Notes under the pieces: model-generated
Told to the model about the DNA's origin: nothing
What the model saw: only the letters and a program-made list of their open reading frames with translations
Database searches by the model: none
From: Vicugna vicugna
Lineage: Eukaryota
Length of the DNA stretch: 64,000 nt
NCBI GenBank assembly: GCA_013265495.1
Contig: MU058717.1
Span: forward strand, 177,890 to 241,889
Reading direction: 5' to 3'
In this document: positions 33,722 to 47,075 of the stretch, in pieces
Numbering within the stretch: the stretch's first letter is position 1
Layout: every line of letters begins with the position of its first letter
Program-made: the position numbers and the translations under genes

Positions 33722-36700
33722 TCTTTAATCTTCCTTAATCCGGGAAAATTCCTTGATCTTTTTTGTCTTCCACGATATTGGCACTTTGGAAGATTATGAA
33801 CCATTTTAAACAATGTCTCTCCATTGAGCTTATCTGGTATCTTTTCCTGAATTTTTGGCAGTAATACTACAGAAAGCCTATTACGTCCTTTGTGGCGGAT
33901 CATCTCCGAGGGCACCTGATGTTGATTTGTTTTGTTATTAGTGATGTGAACTGATTAACTGAGTAAGACAGTGTCTCCCAGGAGTCTCCTGTTTTCCTCT
34001 TTGTGCTGAGTGTGTCTGTGGGAAGATACTTTGAGACTCCGCAAACACCCTACCACTTCTCAAAATTTTCCGCACTCATTTTAGCATCCACTGATGATTC
34101 TTGCCGGAATCCATGGTAATTTAATTTGGTAAACAATGGTGTTCCAATTCTATTCTTTACTGAGCTCCTTTTTCAGTTTCCCATTGCTAGTTACAGTGTG
34201 ACGGTTGGGGACCTCACTCTAGCTACTCTTCTGAGCCTGGGGGCATGATGGAGGAGGAAGGGAACATTCGAAGGGGCTTTTGAGACTGTCTCCTCTGCGT
34301 TTTGGCTAAGTGTCCTGTGCCAGAGTTTACTCCATCTAGTTAATGAAGTATCCTCCTCCCAAGGGGAGGTTACCCTTAGAATTCAGGTTAATTCCTCTAT
34401 GCTTGAGTCACCCCTTCTCACTCATCTTCCCTCCGGCAGCCTGTCCATCAAAAGAGGAAAACACATGTGCCTTTCTGTGTCAGAACCTTTCTTGATGGTT
34501 CAAGTAGGAAGGAGATTTCTTGAGGGCTTCAACTGACCTCTCTCCTCCAATTTGATTTCTCAATCTTATGTATTTACTGCTTTGTCTCCAGGTTGGGTTT
34601 ATTTGTGGGACAACAGAGCTCCCAGTTACCATGTTCTGTATTCCCTCCGCACTTTTCTCCCAGTTCAGAAGATAAAGGTTATCCGTGGGGGTTTTTCTCA
34701 CTTCTACGGAGGTTCTTTAGTACTGGATGGGAGCTTTTACACTTGAGGGTTCTTCCATAACGTTTTCCTGGGCAGCCTGCTCACAGCTTTTGATTTTATT
34801 GTCTCCAATTTGGGAAATGTTAGTGAGAATTTCTGGGTGTGAGTTGCCTCTTCTTTTATCAGCATTGTTTCTTCCTGTCTTCCTCCCTCCTTCCTTCCAT
34901 ATTTCAGAGATGTTGAGAATCATAGCATTGACTCATAGGTTAAAACTTCAACTCCGAAAAATAAACCCCAGGTCCTTCCTTTCCTCCAAGGTGTAATTTC
35001 TATGAAACTAATCAAAAGGTACTTGTTGAGTGTTTACTCTGTACAGGTCACTTTTCTTGGCTCCGTGTAAGGGAAAAAAATGTGAAAGGCAAGATCTCAG
35101 TTTTCAAGAGCCAGCAAAATATGAACATGAAAAGGTAGAGAGAAGCAGGCAGGCCCAGATTATCTGCCTGTAGTCCATACGGAGAGGTCAGGGGATTTTA
35201 TGGGATGGAGAGGTAAGCAGGGAATTCGTGGCTCACGGCAGCGCTGAACTTTAATGATAGCAAACTGATTAAGAATATGTATCCTAAAGTCAGACTTTGA
35301 TTGAATACCAGCTTCATTCCTTCCCAGTTTGCTATTTTGGGCAAGTAACTTACCTTGCCCAAGTAATTTCAACATCCTCGTTTGTAAGATATAGCTATTA
35401 ATAGAATCTTCCTCTTCAGGCTATTGGAAATATTAAATGAAATAATGTATGTAAAGCACTTAGCTTGGCTCCTGGCATAAGTGTTTCGTAAGTGGTAGCT
35501 ATTAAAATTTCAATAGGAAGTATTATGTGTTGAAAACCTTTAAAATGCATGCCCTCTTTGACCTAGAATTTCCACTTCTTGGAATCTATCCTAACTAAAT
35601 TGGAAATGCTCACAGTGACTTATTATCCTTGCAACATCTCTTATGATACTGAAAAGCCATAAATGACCTAAACATTTAATCATGGAAGATGGTTAAATAA
35701 ATCATGATCCATCCATACCAGGAAAGCTCTATACCTTTTAGCAATTACATTGCAGAATATTTAATGCTATAGGAAAATCTTCACCCCAAATTGTTAGCTG
35801 GTAAAAGCAAGTTATCAATCTGCATTAGTGTATGCTCCTAAATCGATCTCTTGCATTCTTGAGAAGTTGACTCATTTGGAAGATTTTCCTCCAGCATATG
35901 TGGGTTAAGAAATTTAATGAGACCTGAATACTATTTACTATGTCGCGTGTTATTCCCAGTGCCCATGGAGCTTACCTGGCACCCACCGGCTTTCTGGTAG
36001 TTTCTGTTTATCTTTCCATCCAAGCAACTTTTATAACACAACAGTTCTCAGAATCCAGACTTGGTGATGTAAGGCCTCTTGGATGTTTGTACTCACTGGG
36101 AGCGGGCACTACGAGCCTTGAACCTGGGAACAAATATCGGGGAAGAAGGAGGGAGAGGCTGGAGACCCAGAACCAAGACTTCACATGGTTACTGCTTTGT
36201 GATGACTCTGGCCAAATTACTTCCTGTGGCAATCAGACTTCCAAGTGATTCCCTACTTCCTAGGATTCATGCCCTTGTGTAATCTCTTCCTTGAATGTGG
36301 GCTGGACCTAGTGACTTGCTTCTAATGAGCAGTGATGCAATGAAACATGATGGGATGTCTCTTCTAAGATTAGGTTACAAAAGACTGTCTTCTGTCTTGC
36401 TGACATTCATTCTGTTTCTTCCCACTGCTCGCCCTGATGAAGCTAGTTGTCACACTGTGAGCTGCCCCCTGGAGATGCCCATTTGTCAAGGAACTGAAGG
36501 TGTTGGCCTCTGGCCAACAGCCTTCAAGGAACTGAATCCTGCCAACAAACATGTGAGTGGGCTTGAAAGTGGATCCTTCCCCAGGCGAGCCTCAGATGAC
36601 AACGCAGCCTCAGCCAGTCGACAACACCTAAGTTACATCCTCGTAAAAGACCCTGCTTTCATTTCATTATCTATGTTCTCTTGTATTTCATTAAGATAAT

Positions 36701-38259
36701 TATCTTGAAATATTTGGCCAGCAGATCATAGATCTCCATTTCTTTGGAGCTGGTTACTGGAGCTTTTTTAGTCCCTTTGCTTTACTCCATTTGCTGATTC
36801 TTTGTCATTCATGTAGCCTTGTGTTGATGTCTGTGCATTGGAAGGAGCAAACGTCTCTTTCCAGTCTTTACAAACTGGTGTTGGCAAGTAAGAACTTTCT
36901 GTCACTTCCCCCCAGCTACTAGGACACCACCAGAATCACAGTCGTGCAGGAGTGGAACCAGTGGAACCGGATGATTGTGTTTCCTTCCAGGTGCCTGGTT
37001 GGGCTGAACTATTCCCTGACCTTGGCTGGAGGGGCTTGAGCCAAACTTAGGCCCTCTCTGTATCTCCTGAGATGCAGAAGTGTCTCCCCCAAGGTCCCTG
37101 TGCCACGAGGGCTGCTCACAGTCTATGGCTGGCACTCAGTTCAGGCCTCTTCAGGATCTCCAGGGGTGCAGACAGTGGTGTCTCCTGCTGGGTCCCTGTC
37201 CCAACAGGACTGTACATGGGCAAGCCAAATGCGTTAGCAGGCCCTTTCAGAATCTACGGTCTGAACGAGTTTGGTGCATTTACCTCCAGGGGCTCCCTAA
37301 CTGCGGCTGAAAAGGGCTGGAGCCTGATCCTGGGTCATTTCAGTGCTCACGGAGTTCTGCAAGCCTGTGAGCCAACGCTTAGGGGCGTGTCACTCCTCCC
37401 GGATCCCTCAGCATATGGTGCCAGTGACAGGACCAAGCCAAATGGGGCTGTAGCCAAGTCCTCGGGGACATGGAGCTGATTCTGGGTCTGTAGTTGGGAG
37501 TATGGTAGGCCAGCCAACCACCTGGGTGCGGGCCTGCCTTCTCAGAATGGTTCTTCTTGGTCTGGGACGGCACTGGGGTTTCACAATCTCCCACCTGGAT
37601 CCCAAAGCTTCCACAAAGGCACTTTGTCGACAGAAGGATGCCAAATTATTGTTCAGAGGGAATACGAGACTGGAACATCTTATTCAGCCATCCTTCTGAT
37701 GTCACTCAGGATATTATTTTTAAAAAGTGTTTTAAAACCATGCTTATGTTTAACCTTGTGTTATTTTACAATAATGAAAAATTGAAAACACACATTCAAC
37801 AATAGATGATTGGCTGAGTCAATTACAATACTTTATAGGTTAGATTATTGTAATGCCATTAACAATGACCCTGAGGACTATTCACTGACCTGGGAAAATG
37901 TTTATAATAAAATGCTACATGACACAATTTAATTGACCAATGCTCTTCAAAACTGTCAGGGTTATGAAAGACAATGAAAAACCGAGACATTTTCCTAGTT
38001 CAGAATAAACTAAGGAGGCATGGCAAATAAATGCAAGGTGTGATTCTGGATTGGATCCTGGACCATAAACAGGACATTAGTGGAACAGTTAATGAAAATC
38101 AAATACGGTCTATAACTAATAGTATAGTTTCAATGTTAATTTCCTGGTTTTATCATTGTACTATGGTTATGTAATATGTTAACATTTGGGGAAGTTAGGT
38201 GAAGCGCATATAGAAATTCTTTCTACTTTTGTAATTTTTGTGTGTGTGCTCGTTGAAAA

Positions 38260-38665
38260 GTTTTTTTTGGTCAATTTCTGATGTACAGCATAATGTTTCA
38301 GTCTACATACGCATACATATATTCATTTTCGTATTCTTTTTTTTGCTATAGGTTACTACAAGATATTGAATATAGTTCCCTGTGCTATATAGAAGAAACT
38401 CGTTGTATATCTATTTTATATGTAGTAGTACCTACAAATCTCAAACCCCAATTTATTCCTTTCCACCCCTTTCCCCCAGTAACCGTAAATTTGTTTTCTA
38501 TGTCTGTGAGTCTGTTTCTGTTTTGTAAATAATTTTGTTTGTGTCTTTCTTTTTTTTTTTTTTGATTCCACATATGAGTGGTTTCATATGGTTTTTTTTT
38601 TTTTCTTTCTGGCTTACTTAGAATAACGATCTCCAGGTCCGTCCATGTTGCTGCAAATGGCATCT
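38260..38665 (-). mobile_element. L1 3' fragment
   Basis: MPFAATWTDLEIVILS (ORF2 C-terminus) plus 3'UTR. Confidence 0.8.
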
Positions 38666-39242
38666 GTTTTTGTCATTTTTGTGTCATATCAATTCAACAT
38701 GAAAAATTTTTAAACAAGCAAAAAAATGCTACATGAAAACTGATAGGAAATAATACTGTATAATTTTTATACATTTAAGGAAAAAGTAAGTAAAGGCATA
38801 TGCAGAGGAATTTTATTTCGAGATGAGAATTGAATTTTATTCCTGTGGATAAAATTTAATTGAACTTTTATCCCCATCGATCTACTTCCTTGTCCAATGT
38901 AGGCCCTTCCAATACCACATCCCAGGTTTTCAAATTCAGCCCTGTCTTCCAAAACCTTTATCCTCCAATTCATTAAGCAGTCATTCGTACTAAATGTGAA
39001 TGACTTAACTCTTAATTTCCTCAGTGTATTTGTATGGATGTATGTTTTTTCAAAAGAAAGTCTGGAGAGTTTAAACATGTTGACAATATTTGTAGAATTT
39101 CGGGCACAGAGGTGAGTGATTTTAAGATCATAGCAGGGAGAAGAAATTTGAGGTGGAGGGGTGCCTCTCTTGCTCACAAAAATGCCTCCTATTGCCCGAG
39201 AGCGATCCTGAGTCCAGGGAGCACTGTGTTCCTATTAGAACA

Positions 39243-39430
39243 TCAGGTGTCCTTGCAAGCTTTCTCACACACTTCTTTATCCATAAAGTTGTTGTCATTG
39301 CCATTGCAGCCTCCGTAGGAAAAAAGCTCACATTCGTAAGTTTTCCAGTTGTAAAACCATCGCAGGACTAAGCCTCGACAAAGTCCGATTTCCATAGGAA
39401 GTTTGCATACATTTCTGGTGACAGGTTTGC
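39243..39430 (-). CDS. SPINT3: SPINT3 exon 2, Kunitz domain
   Basis: tctttag acceptor; [56 protein letters not shown], 6 Cys. Confidence 0.9.
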
Positions 39431-40099
39431 CTAAAGAGAGAAAGTGGTTGAGAGGGGCCAAACCTATCAGCTTCCCCTTGTTAGTCCCACATGCCAGGGG
39501 CTGGGATGGCCCCGGGTACAATTGGGAGCTTGTCCATGCGCTGAGCTCTATTTCTTCCCACCCAGCCCACCTGGCCCACCCAGCCAAGGTCTGATCCATC
39601 GACACAGAAATTCACATCTGAGCTTTTCACATCTGAGAGTAGCCTGATACAGTGAAAATCCAAGACTTGGAAATCCAGCTCAAGTGGATACCAATCCAAG
39701 CCCTGCCACTTACTACTGGGGGATGCTGTATCAACTTCTCCAAATCACCATTTCTTCATTTGTAAAACTAGGGAGTTGAACTCCATCATCTCTGAGCACC
39801 CTTCCAGACCTGGTTTTCTAGGATTTGATGAGTAAGATCTCTCAGGCTTCCACCTCCCGTCCCACTGTCATTCTCAATTGTGAAAGGAGGTCTGGCTTGA
39901 ATCTGAGTGTGGGGTAGAAACTTGACTCAGTCACTTTCTAGACGTGTGATCTTGGATAAATCATATATAATCTTGATACTCAGGTTCCTTCACTGTAAAG
40001 TGAGAGTGTAGTATCCACTTCTACAGGAAGTGGATACTACACTTCAGGCTTGCTGATGGGTTGCTGAAGGGTTAAGGATAACTAATGAAAAGCACCGAT

Positions 40100-40405
40100 C
40101 AATAGAAAAGCGTAAATACAAAACAGAAACAGACTCACAGACATAGAATACAAACTTGTGGTTGCCGGGGGGAGGTGGGTGGGAAGGGACAGGCTGGGAG
40201 TTCGAAATTTATAGAATAGGTAACAAGATGATACTGTATAGCACAGGGAAATATATACAAGATCTTGTGGTAGCTCATGGTGAAAAGAATGTGACAATCA
40301 ATATATGTATGTTCATGTACAACTAAAAAACTGTGCTCTACACTGGAAATTGACACGACATTGTAAACTGACTATAACTCAATAAAATAAAATTTAAAAA
40401 AAAAA
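40100..40405 (+). mobile_element. L1 3' fragment
   Basis: Reverse complement of the 3'UTR of the large L1, poly-A, TSD-like GAAAAGCA(CCG/TCA)AT. Confidence 0.8.
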
Positions 40406-40834
40406 CAGAAAAGCATCAATAAACAGTAACTGCTCTCAGTCACTCTTTCCCTTCCTTAACCAAGAAGACTCTGAGAACAGTTATCTCAACATCCTCTTTT
40501 CTGCAGTCCACATGCCTAACACAGGCCTGGCTCTCAGTGCTCAGTAAATGTTTGTTTAAATGGGGGGGAAAGCCATGAGATCCTCTGGAGCAGGGTTATA
40601 AGTTTCTTGTATTCTCCTTGTAGGTTCCTTGTATGTGAATGGCTTTATCCTTGCAATTACTCTTCAAGGTAGATATTAAGACTTCCAACTTTACATGAGG
40701 AACCTAAGCTCAGAAAGGTGAAGTGCCTTTCCTAATGTCATGCTAGAAAATATGACAGGCAAGACTTTCTTTGTGCTGCTGGGCCCCTGGCCCTACTCCC
40801 AGGCCACTCTTGGAGCTCCCATATTCATACGAAC

Positions 40835-40910
40835 CTGGTCTTAATTCTGATCGAAGCTCTTGGCAGAGGAGGAGAAGCAGAAAAAGTGAGGGAGAGACCC
40901 AGAGCTGCAT
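40835..40910 (-). CDS. SPINT3: SPINT3 exon 1, signal peptide (87 aa total)
   Basis: MQLWVSPSLFLLLLLCQELRSELRP resembles human MQLQASLSFLLILTLCLELRSEL (from memory); phase-1 donor; syntenic position. Confidence 0.87.
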
Positions 40911-42354
40911 GATGCCACCTAGCTAGTGAGCTGGGGCTGGCATTTTAGGGAGAAAGGGGACCAAGGGGGAGGAGCCTGATCCCACTTTCAGCTCATTCAT
41001 CCTGAACTTCTGCTATTCAAGGGGCTAGTCCACGCCTGGAACAGAGTGTCCAGCCGAAGCATGGCCTGGCTTTATCTGATCTGAAAGTGTCACAGACCAC
41101 TTTACTACACTTCAAGGTGGAAGCCCCTTTAAAACAATAGCTACCTTTTGTTGAGTGCTTTTACCTTTCCAGGTATCCTACAAAATATTCTTTCACACAC
41201 GGCCTCACCTGAATCCGAACAAGATTCCTGCAAGGCTTAGAACCCTTATTTTGTAAATGTCCCATCAATAATGAATTTCAGAGCCAGGACTTGGGACCCT
41301 TGTCTTTTCAGCTCCAATAGCTTTGTATCACTCATTCATTCAACACACACTTATTGAGTTCTCACAGAATGCCAGGCAGAATCGTAGATGCTGCCTTGCT
41401 CCCATCTGGGGGCTCTCAAGGAATTGTGTGAACAGCACACACATTGTTGTGCAGAAGGAGGGTCCAACTTTGTTTGGTTTAGAGAATCATTCTGTCTAGA
41501 GAATCATTCTGTGTAGAGAATCACCCAAATCACCAGGGTCTAGCCCACTTCCTGCCTACCTGCTTTCCCAGAGCCTCTAGAGATTTGATCTTTTGGAAAA
41601 TAAAGTCAGCGTGGTTTAGTGGGATTGAGTGAGCCTCAGATTTGAAGCCTGAGGTTGTGCTTTTGACCTTGGGTGAGTCATTGAACATTTCTGAGCCTCA
41701 GTTCTCTCATCTATAAATGGAGATGAATTATGCTGGTTTAGCATATTTCCCAGAACTGGCGTAAGTGTTCAGTGAATTTACAAATGCTTCATACACTGTA
41801 AATGCGCACACAGGTACATGCCGCTTGCAGGTGTGTGTGTGTAACATCATGCCTTTTGGGAAATGGAAGCACAAACTAGGTCAGCAAAACACTTGGTCTC
41901 TACAAATGTGTTATCCATCTTTGCACATTAGTGGCAGCTCTTCCTTCTCTTTATGCCCCCTGCAGCCATGATGCTAATTCCTTGGCCATTACTTCTCCCA
42001 GCTATAGTTCACATAAAGGTTGGCCAACCCTCTCATCACCTGCAGATCTTCACCATAGTTCCTTGAAGGCTCTGCCAAAGCCCGCACTTCAACATCTCTG
42101 GGGCACATCTTTTGCACTTTGGTGGGTCTACCAGCATTATTCCTGGCATCTCTTTCCTTAGCTCTTGTAGATGGTCAGACGGTTCATCAGAAGCTGAAAT
42201 AATGGCAGAAGGAGAGCCCCAGGGGGTGAACAGACTGGCATTTGCCATTTAGGCTGAAGAAAGGCAGAATTGCCTATGAGCGCCCTTGGCTGAGAACTTA
42301 CTACGGTGTTTCGAGCGAGCATTGACCTTCTAATATGCAAACCAAAAGACCAGT

Positions 42355-42563
42355 TTTCATCTGGGTAAGGGGCAATTCTGCCCGCTCCCCAACCCAGGGA
42401 CAGTGTCTAGAGACATTTTTGATTGACACAATTTAGGGATAGGGGGACACCTGCTGGTAGAGGCCAGGGATGCTGCTAAACATTCTACAATGCACAGGAC
42501 AGGCTCACCACAAAGAATGATCTGCCCCCAAATGTTAATAGTGCCAAGGTTAGGAAACTCTGC
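42355..42563 (-). mobile_element. MER20-like hAT DNA transposon remnant
   Basis: AACCTTGGCACTATTAACATTTGGGGGCAGATCATTCTTTGTGGTG...TGTAGAATGTTTAGCAGCATCCCTGGCCTCTACC. Confidence 0.7.
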
Positions 42564-43143
42564 AGAAGAATTATGAATATACATACTTTCTTAATTATAA
42601 AAATATCTCCAGTGTTGGCAGCATGATAAGGACCACATAAAGTAAGAGCAGTGCCTGATGAGGTGTGCCTGTACTTGCTGGGCTGAATAAGCCTTGTGGG
42701 TGGGTGTGGGAGGCACTGGCCTTTAAAACCAGGCACTCTGTACCCGGTTGCCCTAGGGGGAAACCGCCGGCCATGACTCAGTGACTTAGCCCTTCCTCTG
42801 GCGATTTGGGTGTCATGGTTACTGTCATTCCAGAATACTTTTGGTTGAGACCTGATGATTTAGGTGCTGTAGGGATAGAGGAAGTAAATAAAGGTGGAAT
42901 TTTGAAAAAAATAAAATCTCCCCATTCAGATGATAACCTCCATGTAACTTTTTGTTTTTTTTAGAAGTGTGAAGGAGACTAACATCACTAGAGCACCAGT
43001 TACGTATCAGGGAATTTTTTCCCTTGACTCATTACATTCTCAGAAAAAGCCCTTGGAATAGATATTATTATCATTCCAAGATAATAAATAGAACAGAGAA
43101 ACAGGGACTTAGAAGACTCCCTTGTAGATATAACAAATACATT

Positions 43144-43175
<32 letters not shown>

Positions 43176-46100
43176 CCCCAAGAGAGTTTATTTCTATTTT
43201 CACTTTATTTATGTTCAAAATAAATATCCAGAGGGGAAAAATAGGCTTGATCACTTTGAAAGCAGAGCCAATTTGTATCTACAGAAATGCAAGTGGAAAT
43301 TTTAGCAGAGGATAATGTTTCGCATTCTATGCCAAGTAGCTTGTTTATAAATAGGGACTTTAGAGTAGGGGAGAGAAATGTCGCTAGAACTCAGAGGGCT
43401 GAAATTCTCTGTAAGACATAAGAAATTCCCACTATGGGAGCTCCAGGTTGATCACCGTCGTGGGAGATTTGACCATATAAGCTTTGCATCTGAGTGGTTG
43501 AGATCATGAAGGAATGCCTGCAATTTGCACTGTTTGCTCTAACACTAATCTTTTTTGTTTACGGAACACCTCCTACATACCAGGCAATATGTTATGTACC
43601 TTACATTGATCACCCTGAGTGGTCTTCACAAAAACTCTCTGGCTCAGGTTTTATTGTTTTGCATATTTCACAGATGAGAAAACCATGACCCAAGGAAGTT
43701 ACAAGAGATGCCTAAGTTTATTTAGTTCATAATTGGCCAGACTGGGATTTAACTGACGTTTCTCTGACTCAAGCCTTTGTTATACTGTATCCAGTATAAC
43801 CACTATACTGCATCATTCTGATCTTATACTGTATCATTCTACCATTACCCTGTCAAAGAGCTCTGTTCCTTAGGAAGTCCACTACACTGCATCACTTTTC
43901 ATACCTCAGAGACTATCAATTCTCCATGAACTCAATCTCCATCCACTTCTGGGCTTTCTTCCTACTGGAAGTGGAGTCTACTAGAGGAAGGAAGGAACTC
44001 ATAATATAGAGTAGTGTTTGGTGTGGCAAAGAGATCTCTGGCTTACGATGGAGATAGAATTGGATATGTATCTATTGACTTAATTCTGGTAAAATATACT
44101 AAGTTTGTACCCCTATAGCTCCATTTCCTGCCCCCCTCATCTGTGCTTTTGTCATATATATTACGTTTGTGTGTGTTTTAAACCTAACAATACAGTGTTA
44201 CAACAATTGGTTTAAACAATCTTGTCCTTTTTTTTAAAAAAAATTAAGAGCACACACATACACACACTTTTATATTTACCCACATATTTATCACTTCTGA
44301 TGTTCTTCATTCTTTCCCACAGATTCATATTATCACCTAGAGTCATCTCCTTTCAGCCTTAAGAATCAGGTCTGGTAGCATCAAATTCTCTCCGTTCTCC
44401 CATTTATAAAGGAAAGCCTTCGTTTTTGCCTTTATTTCCTTTAATTGAAATTTTTATTGAGATAATTATCGATTCACATGCAGTTGCAAGAAATAATACC
44501 TTTTACCCCATTCCCCTCAATGGTAATATTTTGAAAAACTATAGTACAATATCGCAGCTGGGATATTGACCTGAAACAACCCACTGATCTCATTTAGATT
44601 TCCATTTTACTTGTACTCAGTTGCTTGTGTGTGTGCACATGTGCTTATTAGTTCTATATGATTATCCCATGTGTGGATTTGTGTATCCACCACCACAGTC
44701 CAGGTATTGCACAGCTCTGTTACTACCAGGATCCCTACTGTTGCCCTTTTATACCACATTTTTCTCCTTTCCAGCTCTTACCACCCCAATCTGCTGCCTC
44801 GCAACTACTAATCTGTCCTCTATTTCAAAATTTTGTCATTTCAAAATATGATATAAATGGAATCACATATATTTAATATGTGATTAAACACCATATGTCT
44901 CTGGAGATTCATCCAAGCTGTCCCAGGCATCATTAGTTCATTCCTTTGTGTTGCTGAGTACTTTTACACGGATGGACCGCAGTTTGCTTAACCATTCACC
45001 TGTTGAAAGACATCTGGGCTGTGTTTGGCTATTTATTATGAGTGAAGCTACTATGAACATTCATGTGCAGGTTTTTGTGTGAACCAAAGTTTTCATTTCT
45101 CTGGGACAAATGCCCAAGAGTGTAATTTCTGGGTTGTATAGTAATTGCACGTTTAGTTTTATGAGAAACTGTCAAACTGTTTTCCATAATAGCTGTACCA
45201 TTTTACATTCCCAACAGTAATGAATGGGAGATTCCGTTTCTCTGCATCCTTGTTAGCATTTACTTTTGTCACTCTTTTTTATTTTAGCCATTTTGATAGG
45301 TGTATAATTATGTCTCATTGTAGTTTTAAACTGCATTTCCTTGATGGTCAGTAATGTTCAATGACGATGTTCAATGATGTTGAACATCTTTTAATGTTTA
45401 TTTTTCATCTGTGTATCATGTTAGATGAAATATTTGTTCTTGCTTTTGCCCATTTTCTGATTGAATTGTTTGTGTATTGCTGAATTTTGAGAGTTCTTTA
45501 CATATTAGAGGTACTAGTTTTTGTTGTATATATGACTTGTTGCCTTTATTTTTGAAGGATAATTTCTCTGAATATAGAATTTTTGTTCAGGGTTTTTTTT
45601 TTTTCTTTAAGAGCTTTGACTATTTTATTCTGATGCCTGTTGGCTTCCATTGTTTCTGATGAAAGGTCAGCCATTAACTGTGTTATCGGTCACCTTTATG
45701 TGATGAGTCATCTTTCTCTAGTTGTTTTTGAATATGTGGGGGATTGGTTCCAGGACCCACCACAGATACTAAAAGTCATAGATGCTCAAGTCCCATCGTT
45801 GGCTCTCTGTAGCTGTCGTTTCTCATCTACAGATTCAACCACCCACAGATCATGTAATACTGTATGCATTTACCGGAAAAAATCTGCATAGAGGTGGACC
45901 CATACAGTTCAAATGCATGTTATTCAAGGGTCAACTGTATTTCTCTTTGTCTCTCAGAAGTTTGACTATAATATACGGCTTTTGCGTGGTTTTCTTTGTG
46001 TTTAATCTACGTAGGGTTCGTTGAGCTTCTTGGAACTGAAGCTCTGTTTTTCAAAAATAAATGTTTCTCAATTTGTTATTTTTCTTCGGTAAATTTCCAG

Positions 46101-46309
46101 TGCCTTCATTTGTTATTGACAATGTCACTCAGCTTTGTACTTGTTTTCTGTGGGAAAAAGTCACCTGATCTATTTAGATCATCTACTGGAAATCCTTCTC
46201 TTGGATGGATAGCTAGACTACAACATTTACTTTTTAAAGAGCCTGTTCCTCAAATACATATGATTCTATTCTACTACTTTCTTGAGATGCAATGCATATG
46301 GGCAACTTT

Positions 46310-46756
46310 CGTGCAAATGTGAGTGCTGCTTATTCACCAGATGGAAATTAGGTTGCTCCTATACTATGAGGTAAGGAGGCTTGTCGGAAACCCAGGGAGT
46401 TCACTGGCATCTCTTAGCACTCCTTTGCCCAATAGTCATGGTCAGTGAAACACTCTGGGAACTTTACAGAGGGAAGATCACCAAGGACCCATATTCCACA
46501 AGAATGAAGGTTTGGATCACCTCACCAGGTAGTACGTGCAAATGAGAGTGCTGCTTATTAACCAGATGGAAATTAGGTTGCTCCTATACTATGAGGTAAG
46601 GAGGCTTGTCGGAAACCCAGGGAGTTCACTGGCATCTCTTAGCACTCCTTTGCCCAATAGTCATGGTCAGTGAAACACTCTGGGAACTTTACAGAGGGAA
46701 GATCACCAAGGACCCATATTCCACAAGAATGAAGGTTTGGATCACCTCACCAGGTA
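46310..46756 (+). repeat. Near-perfect tandem duplication, period 225 bp, within an old ERVL/MaLR-like internal fragment
   Basis: 46310-46531 versus 46535-46756 differ at about 2 positions. Confidence 0.92.
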
Positions 46757-46947
46757 ACACATCCCATCTAGCTGGTAGAAGGGAAAGGGAACATGGAAAG
46801 AATGGGGGAAGGAGGCAGCTGTGATTACCAACTTCAGCTTCACAACTAGCGACAGGGATGATGTCTGTAACAGCTCTGTTTTATGTTCATTTTTCCCTTT
46901 TATCCTCTTTCCTCCCTTGAATATAAAGAACACCAGTGATAGCAAAC

Positions 46948-47075
46948 TTTTTTTTTTTGGCAGTGAGGAGGTAAGTAGATTTTATTATTTAATTTTAGAA
47001 GAGGTACTGGGGATTGAGCCCAGGACCTTGTGCATGCTAAGCATGTACTCTGCCACTCAGCTATACTCTTCCCCT
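46948..47075 (-). mobile_element. tRNA-derived SINE (Vic-1-like)
   Basis: SINE head motifs and T-rich tail on + strand. Confidence 0.8.

Noticed and set aside
41481..41524. 17-bp tandem repeat AGAGAATCATTCTGT(C/G)T, about 2.5 copies
   Set aside because: Ordinary slippage repeat without spacers; not CRISPR-like
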